Of a stretch of 64,000 bases of DNA, positions 36,554 to 51,261 are shown piece after piece. The stretch lies in the NCBI RefSeq assembly GCF_009914755.1, contig NC_060935.1; one strand, written 5' to 3'. The position numbers and the translations under genes are program-made. The notes under the pieces are model-generated. The model was not told the origin of the DNA and ran no database searches. It saw only the letters and a program-made list of their open reading frames with translations. This DNA comes from the human T2T-CHM13v2.0 reference genome, Homo sapiens. How positions within the stretch are numbered: the stretch's first letter is position 1; every line of letters begins with the position of its first letter.

Positions 36554-37922
36554 CTACATCTGCCTCCCTCCTCACCTTGAAGGCCACCTTATTGGAACAT
36601 GAGGTCCTGCCCTCGGCCAATGTTGGCCCCAAGGCCATCTCCGGCCTCTCCTGAGCGCTCCCTTCCTCCTTTCCTGTTCAGCTGCTGGCACCCGACCCCT
36701 GATCACCTAGGACCAGCCTAGATTCCCCACAGCCAAGCAGGCACAAATGCAGCCACCGTTGCCTCTGACAGTTCTGGAATCTGTCACCTCCTTGTCAGCG
36801 CCGTGGGTTCTGGTTTAGGCCTCTGTCATTTCATGTCTGAGCCGCTGGAATAACTTCCTAGTCTCCCCCTCTCCAGTGGGTGGGGATCTATTTTAAGACA
36901 CAAATGTGACCTTGTTCTTCAGTCGTTTGAAGTGAGACAGGGCAGTCCCTTGGCCTCACCTTCCACCTCGGACACCTGTGCTGAGCCTGTGGCATGTCAC
37001 CATACCTAAACTCATGGCAGGATGAGCGCCCTGGCAGTGGGAACAGGCCATGCAGAGGCCCCGGGGAGGGAGTAAGCTAGGTCAGGGGGCTGAGTAAAGA
37101 CAGGTTCTTAACCCCATGAGGCTCCGTGGGTGACTCTGGGTGGGATGGGGGCTTTAGCAGGGGAGAGTTGGGACCTGCTTGGAGCGAAGGCCACTCTGGT
37201 TGCCATGGCCACGAGGACAAGCAGGGGACTGTGGGAAGCTGATGCTGTGGTCCAGTTGAGACAAGACTTGGGTGGCAGAGAGACAGTGGACAGGGTGGAG
37301 CCGTGAAGTCACCCTCCCAGTACATGAGAGAAGACGTCCAAGCCCAGTCCCTGACACCAGTCCAGCCAGAGGCAGGGAGGAGAGCAGAGTGGAGGGACAC
37401 AGGATGACAGTGGGGCGTGGGGAGGCCAGCCTCTGCTGTGAGAGCTCTGAGATAGGGACGATGGTACCTCTGACCTTCCCTACCCCTCCAAGCCCTCTGT
37501 CCTGCTGGAAGGAGATGCCAGGAGGAGACCCAGGTGCTGAGGAGGAGGGACAGGACTGGGGGACGGTTGGGGACCTGGCCCCGGGTTGGGGGCGCACCTT
37601 CAGAATCGCCCTTGCCCCACGAGAGGGCTGCTGACCCCCACCCCTACCCCATGGCTGCCCCTCAGCAGGAGGGTCCGTTTCTCTCCCGAAAAACAGGGCA
37701 CAGTCACTTCCTGATGCTAAAACACTCAGCATTTCCCTAGAAACAAAGGCAGCCATGCAAACCCCGAGCAAGCAGGTGGCGTGTAGTTGCCCATTGCATT
37801 TCAGTGGGCTGCGGTCCAGCTTCTAGAGGCCTGAGTGTGAGGTGTGTGCACATCTGGGGCACGCACTTGGTGCCAGGGCAGAGGAGAGGGCAGGTTGCAC
37901 CTAACTTCATCTTTCCCCGCAG

Positions 37923-38020
37923 GACCTGGCCTGGGCCGTCAGCTACTACATCCGGTTCTTCATCACCTACATCCCTTTCTACGGCATCCTGGGAGCCCTC
38001 CTTTTCCTCAACTTCATCAG
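37923..38020 (+). CDS. FADS2: FADS2 exon 8 (98 nt)
   Basis: cgcag|GAC CTG; DLAWAVSYYIRFFITYIPFYGILGALLFLNFI(R); donor gtgcct. Confidence 0.97.
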
Positions 38021-38232
38021 GTGCCTGGGCTTTGCTGATTCATCCCTGGGCCCTCCACTGGCACTGATGATGGCTTTGGCATGAGAAGAGGCTCGGACGG
38101 CTCCACTTTGCCTGGGGACCTCCCATCCTGGCCCCTTGGCAGGGGCTGTCCTGGGCTGGTTGGGAGAGTGGATCTGTTCCCACTGTGGCTGGGCCCCCGG
38201 AGGCCCCTGCGCTGAGCTGTGTTCTCTTGCAG

Positions 38233-38329
38233 GTTCCTGGAGAGCCACTGGTTTGTGTGGGTCACACAGATGAATCACATCGTCATGGAGATTGACCAGG
38301 AGGCCTACCGTGACTGGTTCAGTAGCCAG
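38233..38329 (+). CDS. FADS2: FADS2 exon 9 (97 nt)
   Basis: tgcag|G TTC CTG; [32 protein letters not shown]; donor gtaggg. Confidence 0.97.
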
Positions 38330-38657
38330 GTAGGGAAGTCAGGGCCGGTCACCAGAGCCTGGTCCCAATGTCCATGTCCTGGCCCCAGATGATCTGCACC
38401 TGCTAACACAGGGCTGTGCTGGGCCTCCCGGGGCTGCCTGTGTCCTTTTGCTGGGAGCTTCAGGGCTGAGCAAGAAAGGGCAGCAGGAATCCCCCAGAGG
38501 GACAGGTGGGGCATCTGGGTGGGCTGAGGCCATCAGGCAGGACGGTATGATGTGGACGGGTGGCCTGGAGACCCTGGGTAAGGCTGGGCCCCCTGGGAAT
38601 GAGGCCGGGCCCTTGGGCCTTCCTTTGTTCCCTGACACTCATCCCCTCCACTGACAG

Positions 38658-38737
38658 CTGACAGCCACCTGCAACGTGGAGCAGTCCTTCTTCAACGACT
38701 GGTTCAGTGGACACCTTAACTTCCAGATTGAGCACCA
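38658..38737 (+). CDS. FADS2: FADS2 exon 10 (80 nt; His box 3 QIEHH begins)
   Basis: gacag|CTG ACA; [26 protein letters not shown]; donor gtgagc. Confidence 0.97.
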
Positions 38738-39135
38738 GTGAGCGCGGGGCTGCGGGGAGGTGGGGAGACCCACAGCGGGAGGGAAGTGGCCGCTATCCCA
38801 CTGGGCAGAGTGCAGAATGTGGGGGCCACCTCTTTGTCTCTCTGACAAGGTCTCTGCCCAATATAGAGCAAGGCTCCCAGCCAGCCCCGCTGAGGTCAGG
38901 AGAGGGGCTCCCCTATTCCATCTCCCTGAGGGGCATCCTGTGCCCCTCATGCTGTGCCACTTGGTCATAGTGGTTACCACCTCCCTCCATGTGGGCCTGG
39001 GACTTTGTAGTTATGGAGCCTGCACACGCACCTCATGACCCTGTGAGGCTAGCAGGGCAGGGCTACGTAGCTTGCCTGGAACATCGGCCGAGAGACTGCC
39101 CTGCTGCCCCTTGTCCTTGCTTCACCTCTTGTCAC

Positions 39136-39802
<667 letters not shown>

Positions 39803-40102
39803 TAGCATTCCCCAGCTATTTCATTTCTTTTTTGAAAAACATGACACTTTGTCTCTGGCCACCCAATATCTTCCCAGCTCCATAGAGCACAAACGCCCTC
39901 CTGCTCACGGAGGGCTGCACCCTCCCCTCCACACACGTGGCACCCCACTGGGCACACACGAGGAGCCACACTTTGAGACTGGTCCTGGCTGTGGACAGGG
40001 TCTCTGAGGGCCCCAGCCAGCCTCTGCCCAGGTGGTGGGAGGAAGCGGGAGCAGCATGGCCCTCTGAGTCCTCACGCTCTGCCCACCCTACACACTCCTC
40101 AG

Positions 40103-40228
40103 CCTCTTCCCCACCATGCCCCGGCACAACTTACACAAGATCGCCCCGCTGGTGAAGTCTCTATGTGCCAAGCATGGCATTGAATACCAGGAGAAGCCGC
40201 TACTGAGGGCCCTGCTGGACATCATCAG
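40103..40228 (+). CDS. FADS2: FADS2 exon 11 (126 nt)
   Basis: ctcag|C CTC TTC; [41 protein letters not shown]; donor gtgagg. Confidence 0.97.
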
Positions 40229-40588
40229 GTGAGGGGTGGAGGTCCACAGGCGCTGGGCCCTGGGATCACCCGTGGTGCAGACAGTGGGATCACAAGAGGG
40301 GCTGGGCCCTCCTGGCACAGTCACCCACCAGGGCACCTGCCTTACTCCCGAGCCTGTGTTAGGAGCTGTTGGGCTTTTCTCCCTGGGCTGCGAGAAGACC
40401 ATCCCTTTCTGTGTGGGGTTCCTGGTGGGCTCTGAGCTGACAGCCCCACAGGCCCAGTGGCAGTGGTAAGCCCTGGTTAGGGCCAAGGGGACATACATGC
40501 CACCTTAATGATGGCCTCCTCAGCCCTTGCACTCCCTGGGGCCACTCCCGTCCTGGTCCCTGACCCTGGTCCATCCCCAACTTTGCAG

Positions 40589-40640
40589 GTCCCTGAAGAA
40601 GTCTGGGAAGCTGTGGCTGGACGCCTACCTTCACAAATGA
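40589..40640 (+). CDS. FADS2: FADS2 exon 12 coding part (52 nt, includes TGA)
   Basis: tgcag|G TCC CTG; SLKKSGKLWLDAYLHK*; the 12 exons sum to 1335 nt = 444 aa plus stop. Confidence 0.97.
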
Positions 40641-42305
40641 AGCCACAGCCCCCGGGACACTGTGGGGAAGGGGTGCAGGTGGGGTGATGGCCAGAGGAAT
40701 GATGGGCTTTTGTTCTGAGGGGTGTCCGAGAGGCTGGTGTATGCACTGCTCACGGACCCCATGTTGGATCTTTCTCCCTTTCTCCTCTCCTTTTTCTCTT
40801 CACATCTCCCCCATAGCACCCTGCCCTCATGGGACCTGCCCTCCCTCAGCCGTCAGCCATCAGCCATGGCCCTCCCAGTGCCTCCTAGCCCCTTCTTCCA
40901 AGGAGCAGAGAGGTGGCCACCGGGGGTGGCTCTGTCCTACCTCCACTCTCTGCCCCTAAAGATGGGAGGAGACCAGCGGTCCATGGGTCTGGCCTGTGAG
41001 TCTCCCCTTGCAGCCTGGTCACTAGGCATCACCCCCGCTTTGGTTCTTCAGATGCTCTTGGGGTTCATAGGGGCAGGTCCTAGTCGGGCAGGGCCCCTGA
41101 CCCTCCCGGCCTGGCTTCACTCTCCCTGACGGCTGCCATTGGTCCACCCTTTCATAGAGAGGCCTGCTTTGTTACAAAGCTCGGGTCTCCCTCCTGCAGC
41201 TCGGTTAAGTACCCGAGGCCTCTCTTAAGATGTCCAGGGCCCCAGGCCCGCGGGCACAGCCAGCCCAAACCTTGGGCCCTGGAAGAGTCCTCCACCCCAT
41301 CACTAGAGTGCTCTGACCCTGGGCTTTCACGGGCCCCATTCCACCGCCTCCCCAACTTGAGCCTGTGACCTTGGGACCAAAGGGGGAGTCCCTCGTCTCT
41401 TGTGACTCAGCAGAGGCAGTGGCCACGTTCAGGGAGGGGCCGGCTGGCCTGGAGGCTCAGCCCACCCTCCAGCTTTTCCTCAGGGTGTCCTGAGGTCCAA
41501 GATTCTGGAGCAATCTGACCCTTCTCCAAAGGCTCTGTTATCAGCTGGGCAGTGCCAGCCAATCCCTGGCCATTTGGCCCCAGGGGACGTGGGCCCTGCA
41601 GGCTGCAGGAGGGCACTGGAGCTGGGAGGTCTCGTCCCAGCCCTCCCCATCTCGGGGCTGCTGTGTGGACGGCGCTGCCTCAGGCACTCTCCTGTCTGAA
41701 CCTGCCCTTACTGTGTTTAACCTGTTGCTCCAGGATGCATTCTGATAGGAGGGGGCGGCAGGGCTGGGCCTTGTGACAATCTGCCTTTCACCACATGGCC
41801 TTGCCTCGGTGGCCCTGACTGTCAGGGAGGGCCAGGGAGGCAGAGCGGGAGGGAGTCTCAGGAGGAGGCTGCCCTGAGGGGCTGGGGAGGGGGTACCTCA
41901 TGAGGACCAGGGTGGAGCTGAGAAGAGGAGGAGGTGGGGGCTGGAGGTGCTGGTAGCTGAGGGGACGGGCAAGTGAGAGGGGAGGGAGGGAAGTCCTGGG
42001 AGGATCCTGAGCTGCTGTTGCAGTCTAACCCACTAATCAGTTCTTAGATTCAGGGGAAGGGCAGGCACCAACAACTCAGAATGGGGGCTTTCGGGGAGGG
42101 CGCCTAGTCCCCCCAGCTCTAAGCAGCCAGGAGGGACCTGCATCTAAGCATCTGGGTTGCCATGGCAATGGCATGCCCCCCAGCTACTGTATGCCCCCGA
42201 CCCCCGCAGAGGCAGAATGAACCCATAGGGAGCTGATCGTAATGTTTATCATGTTACTTCCCCACCCCTACATTTTTTGAAATAAAATAAGGAATTTTAT
42301 TCTCA
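40641..42305 (+). other. FADS2: FADS2 3' UTR (~1.7 kb)
   Basis: Alu-free stretch from the stop codon to the poly(A) signal; exact end inferred. Confidence 0.8.
42281..42286 (+). terminator. FADS2: FADS2 polyadenylation signal AATAAA
   Basis: Canonical hexamer, U-rich upstream, GU/U-rich tgtgtttcct ~25 nt downstream. Confidence 0.85.
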
Positions 42306-42762
42306 CTTCCTGTGTTTCCTGCACGCCAATGCCAGGCCATGGTATTGGGTGATAGATGAGGCCCTTCTAGCTGGGCCTGGGCACCAGGAGGGGTCCCCAT
42401 GCTTGCATCTCTCTGTATCCCCTCCCTCCCCTGTGGCCATCCCACCCGCCTCTCCCTGCTGCCTCTGAAATTCATTCTGGGGCCCGGAACTTGGTGGAAA
42501 TGACCCAAAAACATTGGCCCATCTTCCTCCTCTCAGCAGCCGACCCCAGCCCAATTCTAAAACAGGGCTGAGAGCCACCTCTCAGCAGCTGACCCCTACC
42601 CAAGGAGGGTGGCATGGAGGGGCTTGCAGAGACTCTTCCTAACATCCTCCCCCCCCAGCTGTCTCCCCAAGTGCAATCTGCCCTCCCATCCCTGGGCCAG
42701 CCAGCTTCCACAGAGCGCCAGGCCAAACAGAATTCCTGGCCTCCTTGGAAGGGGCTGGAGAA

Positions 42763-43375
<613 letters not shown>

Positions 43376-46300
43376 AAAGGGGGCTGAAGAAGGCTCTGGA
43401 GGCTGATGATTCTTTTTGTGGCTCCCGTGCCCATATATGCAATGGCTCATTCAGAACCCACAGGCTGTCGGGGGGGCTGATATCATCCTAGCCCAGGGTC
43501 ACCAGTTCATAGGCACAGAGATTGGATCCTAGGTCTGTCTGACCCCAGAGGCTGGGAAGAGTCTAAAGCAACATGCCAGGGGCACTTGTACAGTCCGTCT
43601 CCCATGGACCCCCATGCTGCTCCGTCATCGTCTCTGGGCTGGCTTTCCTGGCAGGGCTGATCCTGGGAAAGTGCCAAGGAAGGGCCAAGAGGCACTGGCT
43701 AGTTAACACCTTGGGGCCTCCCCTTGGCTTTGTAGCTGCTCCCAGCAGGGCTGGGGAGGGCTCCTGAGTAGACCTCAGCCCCCGCCTGCTTCCCCTGACC
43801 CCCGCTTTGCCTGGCCGAAATCCAGCCAGGTAGGGACAGCCAGCAGACTGGCTGGGGTACGTATGGCTCCCCAGTGGCCACAGGGTGTCCTGAGTAGGGC
43901 CTGGCATTACAGAAGCCCTGAGCGAGGTGGCCGACTCACCCCAGATTCACCAAGTGGCTCTGGGGAGTCCTTTGCCCTCCCTGGCCCTGTGGGCCATAGT
44001 CCACAGGGGCAGGCTAGAGGGGCCCCAAGGATGCCATTATCTCAACACCCGCTTACCCTAGGCCTTGCCCTCCTGGTGGACCCGCTGGCAGTGGCCTTCA
44101 AGGTTACAAGACCCTGGCAGGCACGGCTCCCACCCTCTGCCCTGTGCCTGTGACCCGCCTCCAGGATGGCGACCAGCCCAGGCCTCCCAACCCTACCAGT
44201 TGGAAATCCATGGGTCCATCACCCATAACAACCAGGGGGCTTGGAATTGGGGATACTGGAGGCCAGATGGACGCTGGGGCTATGAGGGCACCAGATAAAT
44301 CTTGGCCTAGCCTCACCGGGCACTTGGAGCTTCTCTGACTTCCCCAGCCCCACCCAGCCCCGCCTTGCCCTTGAATACTTCCCTGGGTCAAGAAGCTGAG
44401 GACATTCATATCTGCTCTCTGCTTAACCGCCCCCTCCTGTCCCTGTACTCAGCTGACCCCCTTGCCAACACACCCAGAATTGTGAGTTTCTAATCCCTAT
44501 CCCCTGCCAAAGTCATGGTGCCCCAATATTCAAGGCCCTGAGCAATCAAACCCCAACACCACCATCATGGGCGAAGAGGCTGAGCCCAGAGAGAGGACAG
44601 GACTGCGCAGGCCACACAGCAGCAGGACCCTGCTCCTAACCCGCAGGCTCCTGGCCACCTCTCCTGCACAGAAAGGGCTGGTTCCCAGACCTTGCCCCCA
44701 TCACGTCAAATGTCAGACAGCTCCCAGGAGGCCCAGCGGCTGGCTGGAGGAGTGGGGGCAGTGGAGGGCAGTTAGTCTCTGAGGAGGAGATAAGGGCAGT
44801 GTAGCTACGCAGATAAAAGGGTATCAGCTTTGTGGGTAGCGGGGACATCTGCAGCGCCCCAAGTCTAAGCTGTGTGTGTGTGGGGCGGGGGAGGGTGCTG
44901 TGGCACCACAGGCGGATCCTCGGGGTGTCTGGCTGGACACTCCGAAGCCCTCGTGCCTACTCGGAGGGGAGAGGAAGCCTTTACCAAGCTGGACCAGGGC
45001 AGAGCTGGCAGCCACTGGGGCTGGGCTTGGGCTGCCATCAGGAGTGGCTGGCCTTGCTTATGTGACACAGTGCCTTGGGCCCATCGGGACTCCTCAGCGA
45101 GCCAGGCTGCACCCTCCCCCGAGAGGTGTGCCCCTCTGGCCAAAGAAGCTGCCTCTCAAAGAGTCCCTGTTCCAACATCTGAGAGGGAAATGGGGCGCCG
45201 TGGGGATGGCTTGCCCCAGGCTGAAACGCCACTGCCCTCGGGACTGGTTTTCCTTTTCTCAGCAGACTGGCTTCATGTGGCCAGTGCATACACGGAACAA
45301 GCAGCCCCCCAGCGTGCTGAGATTTCAGGATCACGTCCCCATCGTCCTCCACCATCACAAACACTTTGCTTTGGATTTTAAAGGCATTCAGGTCTTTCTT
45401 CTAAATCGTCCCATTCAAGAGCAAGTGTCCAAGAGAAAGAGTGACAGCAGCCAAGAGCTTGGAATAGGCCAAGCTCCCAGTAGTTGTGGTGGCTCATTGC
45501 CTGAGGACATAGTGTGGTGGGGGGAGGAACCTTGAGAAACCCATGGCCTGTCCCGTCACAAAAGAGTTTGTTGACCCCCTGCTCCCCTCCAGCTACTCCC
45601 AACACACCAGGCAGGGGCTGGCTCTTGGGCATCATCATTTCCAACATCTGCCTGGGCTGGGAGACCCGTAGCAAATGTTGATGATCAAAGGAACAAACCA
45701 ACACTGCGGTTATGGTTTCCCTCGGGAGCTGTTTTTCCTCCGGGCCCACGCCTCTTGTACAAACAATAAAAAAGGAACACGGTTTCTCAGAGGTTCAGAG
45801 GTTCCACCAAAGCCTCTTTCCTTTTACAAACCTGGCCCCTGTGCCCTAAGCCTTTGTTCTGAGACTAGGAGACCTACAGATGGAGAAGGGGGAGCTCAGC
45901 TCAGGACTGAGGGTGACCTGTTCCCAGGGGATCTAGCATGGGGGACAGTGGGACAAGAGCAAAGATTCCCCTGCCAGTGATGGGTCCCAGGTGGTCTGGA
46001 GAAATCTAGGAGTGGCTGCTGAAGGCGGGGCCTCCCAGGGGTCCGCAAAGCAAGTTACCAGGGACAGTAGGGAGCACGGCCCGCCCCACACTGGCGCAGA
46101 TGCTCCGGGCGCCCCTGGGTGGCGCTGCAGGCTCAGCTGTCGTGGATCCTCGGTGTTAGCATCTCCCTGGCGAGCGCCTCGGAGCCAGCGCACAGCGATC
46201 TCTACCAGGGTGTGGACGGAGGGAATGCCATTCGGAGCCTGCGCTGGCTCAGGGCGCCCGCGTGGCACTAGGAGCCAACAGGATTTAAACAGGCGGTGAC

Positions 46301-48354
46301 AGGAAGGGGGAGTCCCTGCAGAGGGACCAGCCTGTGCAGAGACCCTGAATGCAAGGCACGCCCTGGCCATGAGAAGCGTGTGTCTGAGGCAGGAAGTACC
46401 TTTCAAGGAGCATCCAATCTTACCCTCGGCTGAAAACTGAGGCTCAGGGAAGGCAAAAAAGAACTTGCCCTAGGTGACAGAGCAAATGGTCATCCTGGGG
46501 AATTGGGTTGTGTGCACAAAATTTGTGAATAAACTGAGCCTGCTGCTGTGCCCTTTGCTAAGAGCCTTTCTTCCATCACCCTAGGTACTGCTGCTCGGGG
46601 TCAAGGAACTCCCCCAAGGTCACACAGCCTGCGTCCTGGCAGAAACAGGACTTGCCCCCACCCCACCCCACCCCCAGGTCTGTCTGACTTGAGTGGATCT
46701 GGTGGGGCTGGGTGGCACCCGGAGGAGGGCAGGCATCTCACTCACAACCAAGCTGAAGGGGCTGCCACCCTCTGCTTCCCTGGCCCTACCAGGAGGCCTC
46801 TGCTGGCACTGCCCTGGGCCGGGAGGCCACAGGGAGCTTTGGGCTGTCTGCTCCTGGGTCTGGGAGATTATGTGAGCCGAACAGGACCTCCCCCAGTGCT
46901 CTCCTGCCCCAGAAATCAGGGTGAGGGAAGCAGGACCCAAACACCCTGTCTGTCATCCTCTCAGAAAACACACCCCAGGGTCTCCCGGGCCAGGCTCTGG
47001 GCTGCCACCAGCCTCCAGCAGCAAATGATGTCAGTATTCCAGGTGCTGTCACAGAGACCCTAGTCACAGGCTGGGCAGGGAAGGGGAGGAGCCCTGCGGG
47101 TCAGAGAGAACTTTCTAGAAGGGGAGCCCCTGGGAAGAGCCGCAAGAGTCCATGGGAATGTGCAGACGGCCCCTCCTCACAGAGAGGAAGCAGGTGTGAG
47201 ACTACGGTGATCAGCTTTAGCACTGAGGAGCTTTCTGGCTGTCTCGGAAGAGAAGTTCATGGGCAGCAACACTCAGCGCCACCTTGTATGTGTGTGGAGT
47301 AGGGGGCGGGTTGATGGGGCAGTGGGGCTTCCCCTCCAGCTCCGTCCCACAGAGGATGGGCCTTGGAGGGGCTGAACAAAAATTGGCAGAATTTGCGCCT
47401 TTTCCACCTCCCAAAGAGAACCCAGTCCAGGCCAATGGAAGCCCAAAAAGTAGGGGGCAACCCCTGCAGCTGGTAGGGCGACCCCAGCTCCCACTCCAGA
47501 AAGGCCTCATAGAAATCCTCACTCAGCTTTCTTTTTCAAACTGCCGACACTTCAGATGAAACCCTCAGCTCAGCTTGGAGCTGTCAGGCTGTGTGGATGC
47601 TGGGGACTGATTGGTCCAGCCAGATCTTCTTCCCAATTCTGGGTGCCCCAAGAGGCAACTCAAAGCCCTCCCCAGAACTGTCCGAAACCCACAGGCACAG
47701 TCCAGCCCACTGCCAGACAAAGAGCCTAAGACCTGACTCCAGGGACTCAGGGACAGGAATGGCCATGCCTCGGGGGTCCAGCCTATTCACTGCAGTAACT
47801 ACAGACAAGCACCTGGTCCCAGGTGGGCTTGAGGGAGATCGACGTTGCCTCCTTGGGCCACCAGGCACAGGCTGCACCACCACCACTGGTGTGATGCCAG
47901 ATGTGGCGCTAAGATCAGCAGGTGGCCCGCTGCGCGGGGCCCTTTCAGGCCCCCCATCATGGAGGGCTGTGGGAGGCCAGTGCAGGTCAAGAGGCACAAC
48001 CGTCTTTCCCAGTCCATGTCCAGAAGCGTCCGCAGACATGGCCCCCAGCCCTGGGTCCTCATCTGCTGGGCCCGCTCATCCCACCATGCAGAAGCGTCAA
48101 GTGACTTGAAGCCCAGCATGAATAGGAAGTGAATAGGCCCTCGGGCAGGTCCGAGTCCAGGCATCCCTGGGCTCCCAGGCCCAGGGCATCTAGAGCTAAA
48201 GGGAGCTCCTTAGCGCTCCCCCTCAACCCCGCCGCCGGCCCCAACACACACATTGATGGCCGAGGGCCTGAATGCTGTTGGGGAGTCTGGGCAGACCCCA
48301 GCTTCAAAACTCATGCAAATTCACCACTCCACTCCATAATACATCTGAATGTAT

Positions 48355-48360
48355 TTTAAT
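48355..48360 (-). terminator. FADS3: FADS3 polyadenylation signal ATTAAA
   Basis: tttaat on the + strand, ~270 nt past the FADS3 stop, in an AT-rich patch with G/U-rich sequence downstream on the - strand. Confidence 0.7.
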
Positions 48361-48627
48361 ATAAAAATAACAGCTTTCCCCCAATTCTCGCTCTAGGAAA
48401 ATGTGCTATGCTCACCTTCCCTCTACCCCTGTCCCATCAGGCCCAGAGCCAAGGCCATAGGGCTGCTGAATACACATGTGAGGGGGCCGAGGGGAAGACA
48501 ACAGTACCAGGAGGGCAGGCAGGGCACCCCCAGGCTGGCCAGTGGAGGGGTGGGGGTATCGATCCCGCCGGGGGCTGGCTTGGTTGCTGGTGCCCTGAGC
48601 CCTTCTCTGCCCGCCTGGGTGTTGCCT

Positions 48628-48679
48628 TCACTGATGGAGGTAGGCGTCCAGCCAGATGTCACCAGACTTCTTCAGGGAC
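48628..48679 (-). CDS. FADS3: FADS3 exon 12 coding part (52 nt, includes TGA)
   Basis: Reverse complement reads SLKKSGDIWLDAYLHQ*; AG acceptor at 48680-48681. Confidence 0.96.
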
Positions 48680-49787
48680 CTGGGAGGTGGGGGTGGCAGT
48701 GGGGGTGGGTGTTAGGAGCTCAGTTGCAAGATCCTAATACCCCTGTATCCCCCATGGTAAGTGTGAGCGGAGATCCCCATTCCCTGTGGGTTCCCTTCCC
48801 TGGGGGCAGGCAGCGATGCGGGCTGGAGGGTGGGTTGGGAGAACAGCTGAATGCTCATTCTCTGGAATGGAATCTAGACCGGGGTGACGGGTGTCGGGTA
48901 GGGGAGCTGGAGGGCAGCCAAGGCCAAGTCCAGGCATGAGCCTGGGTGGGCCTGTCCCTCCTGCACCCAGTTCTCCATTGCTGCCTCCTGCTGGGCGCTG
49001 CAACCCAAGGACAGAGAGGACGTGGAACCTGCCCACCCGATCTTGGGCCTGATATTGGGCAGTGGAGCCAGAAATGTCAACAATCTGCTAGGAAGCCCTG
49101 TGCCAGGCGCTCTAAAGGGCTGTGCCAAATGGCAGGGGCTCAGAGCATCAGGCTGGGAGAGATCATGAAGGAGAAGTGGGCATCTGAACACCAGCACAGG
49201 AAGGAAGGGCAACCAAGTAAGGGGAACAGCGTGTACAAAGGCGCAGAGGTATAAGACCTGGAATCTGGCCTCTGTTCCCCACCTCCAAGGTGACCACAAG
49301 GGCTGAGCCCCATCACCCCTCGCCTGGATGGCTGCAGTGTCCTCTGCTCTCCTTTTCCACTTCGACTCCTGCCCGCCAGTCATTCCCAGTAGGGGCAGCT
49401 TTCCAAGATGCAAGCCGGGCGTGTCCCTTCTCTGAGTGCCTGCATGCCTGCCTCGGCTATCTATGCCATGAGCTTGGCATTCAGGGTCAAGTGCCCTCTG
49501 CCTGAACGCTCTTTGCCAGATGTCCCTGTGGCGAGACCTCTCCCCTCCTCCCTGTCCCTGCTCACACGTCAGCCTGTCAATACTGCCCACCCTACCACCT
49601 ATTTAGAAACTGCCGCCCCTGCCTGGCCGCCCCCCTCCCCTCCCCTGTCCCCACCCTGAGGGGCTTTTCATTGTTCTTTTGCCCATCTTCTGTAATGTAC
49701 TTATTTGTTATTTTAATTGCTTGCTGTTTCCTTTGCTGGAAGGAACATCAGCTCCAAGAGGGCAGGAAGCTCTCTAGAGCCTGCATT

Positions 49788-50460
<673 letters not shown>

Positions 50461-50656
50461 TGCTGTTTGTGAGTCTGCAGTAGGTGCTCCAGAAATTCTC
50501 ACTGTGTGCGTGAAGGCTGGGGAAGGGAGGAAGGGCATGGGACGTGGACAGAAAGGCTCAGGGACCCTGGGGGCTCAGCATGAGGCTGACCTGGACAAGG
50601 GTAGGCATAGGCCCTGGGGAAGCCACCAGAACAGAGGGGCCGGGCTGCAGCCTCAC

Positions 50657-50782
50657 CTGACGATGTCCACCAGCGCGGTGAGGAAGGGCTTCACTTCGTA
50701 GCTGAGGCCGTGCTTGGCACACAGCGACTTGACCAGCGGGGCCACCCGGCTGTAGTTGTGTCTCGGCATCCTGGGGAAGAGG
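50657..50782 (-). CDS. FADS3: FADS3 exon 11 (126 nt)
   Basis: [41 protein letters not shown]; GT/AG flanks. Confidence 0.96.
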
Positions 50783-50916
50783 CTGGGGGTGGGGAGCGTA
50801 TGCTGGCACCTGAAGTGGGAGATTCCAGAGAGAGGCCCCACCCACGGGTCCCCTCCCAGGATCCCCTCCCAGGACCCCCTCCCCACCTCCCACTGGCCCC
50901 CAGCACCCACACTCAC

Positions 50917-50996
50917 TGGTGCTCGATCTGGAAGTTGAGGTGCCCGCTGAACCAGTTGGTGAAAAGTGAGGGCTCCACGTTGCAGGTGGCTGCCAG
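50917..50996 (-). CDS. FADS3: FADS3 exon 10 (80 nt)
   Basis: [26 protein letters not shown]; GT/AG flanks. Confidence 0.96.
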
Positions 50997-51164
50997 CTGC
51001 CGGAAGCCGGCGGGGCACATGTGAGGAGGCCGTTGCAGATCCCTGACCCCACGGCACCATCCCCCACCTGGCAGCCCCGTCAGGGCCTCATCCCTGCTTT
51101 GCCATCTGGCTCCTAGCTGGGACCCCCCACCCCACCCAGGATGGGCCCCACCCCTGCTGCCCAC

Positions 51165-51261
51165 CTGAGAGCTGACCCAGTCCCGGTGCTTCTCGTGGCC
51201 GATCTCCTTGGGGATGTGGTTCATCTGTGTGATCCACACGAACCAGTGGCTTTCCAGGACC
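51165..51261 (-). CDS. FADS3: FADS3 exon 9 (97 nt)
   Basis: [32 protein letters not shown]; GT/AG flanks. Confidence 0.96.
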
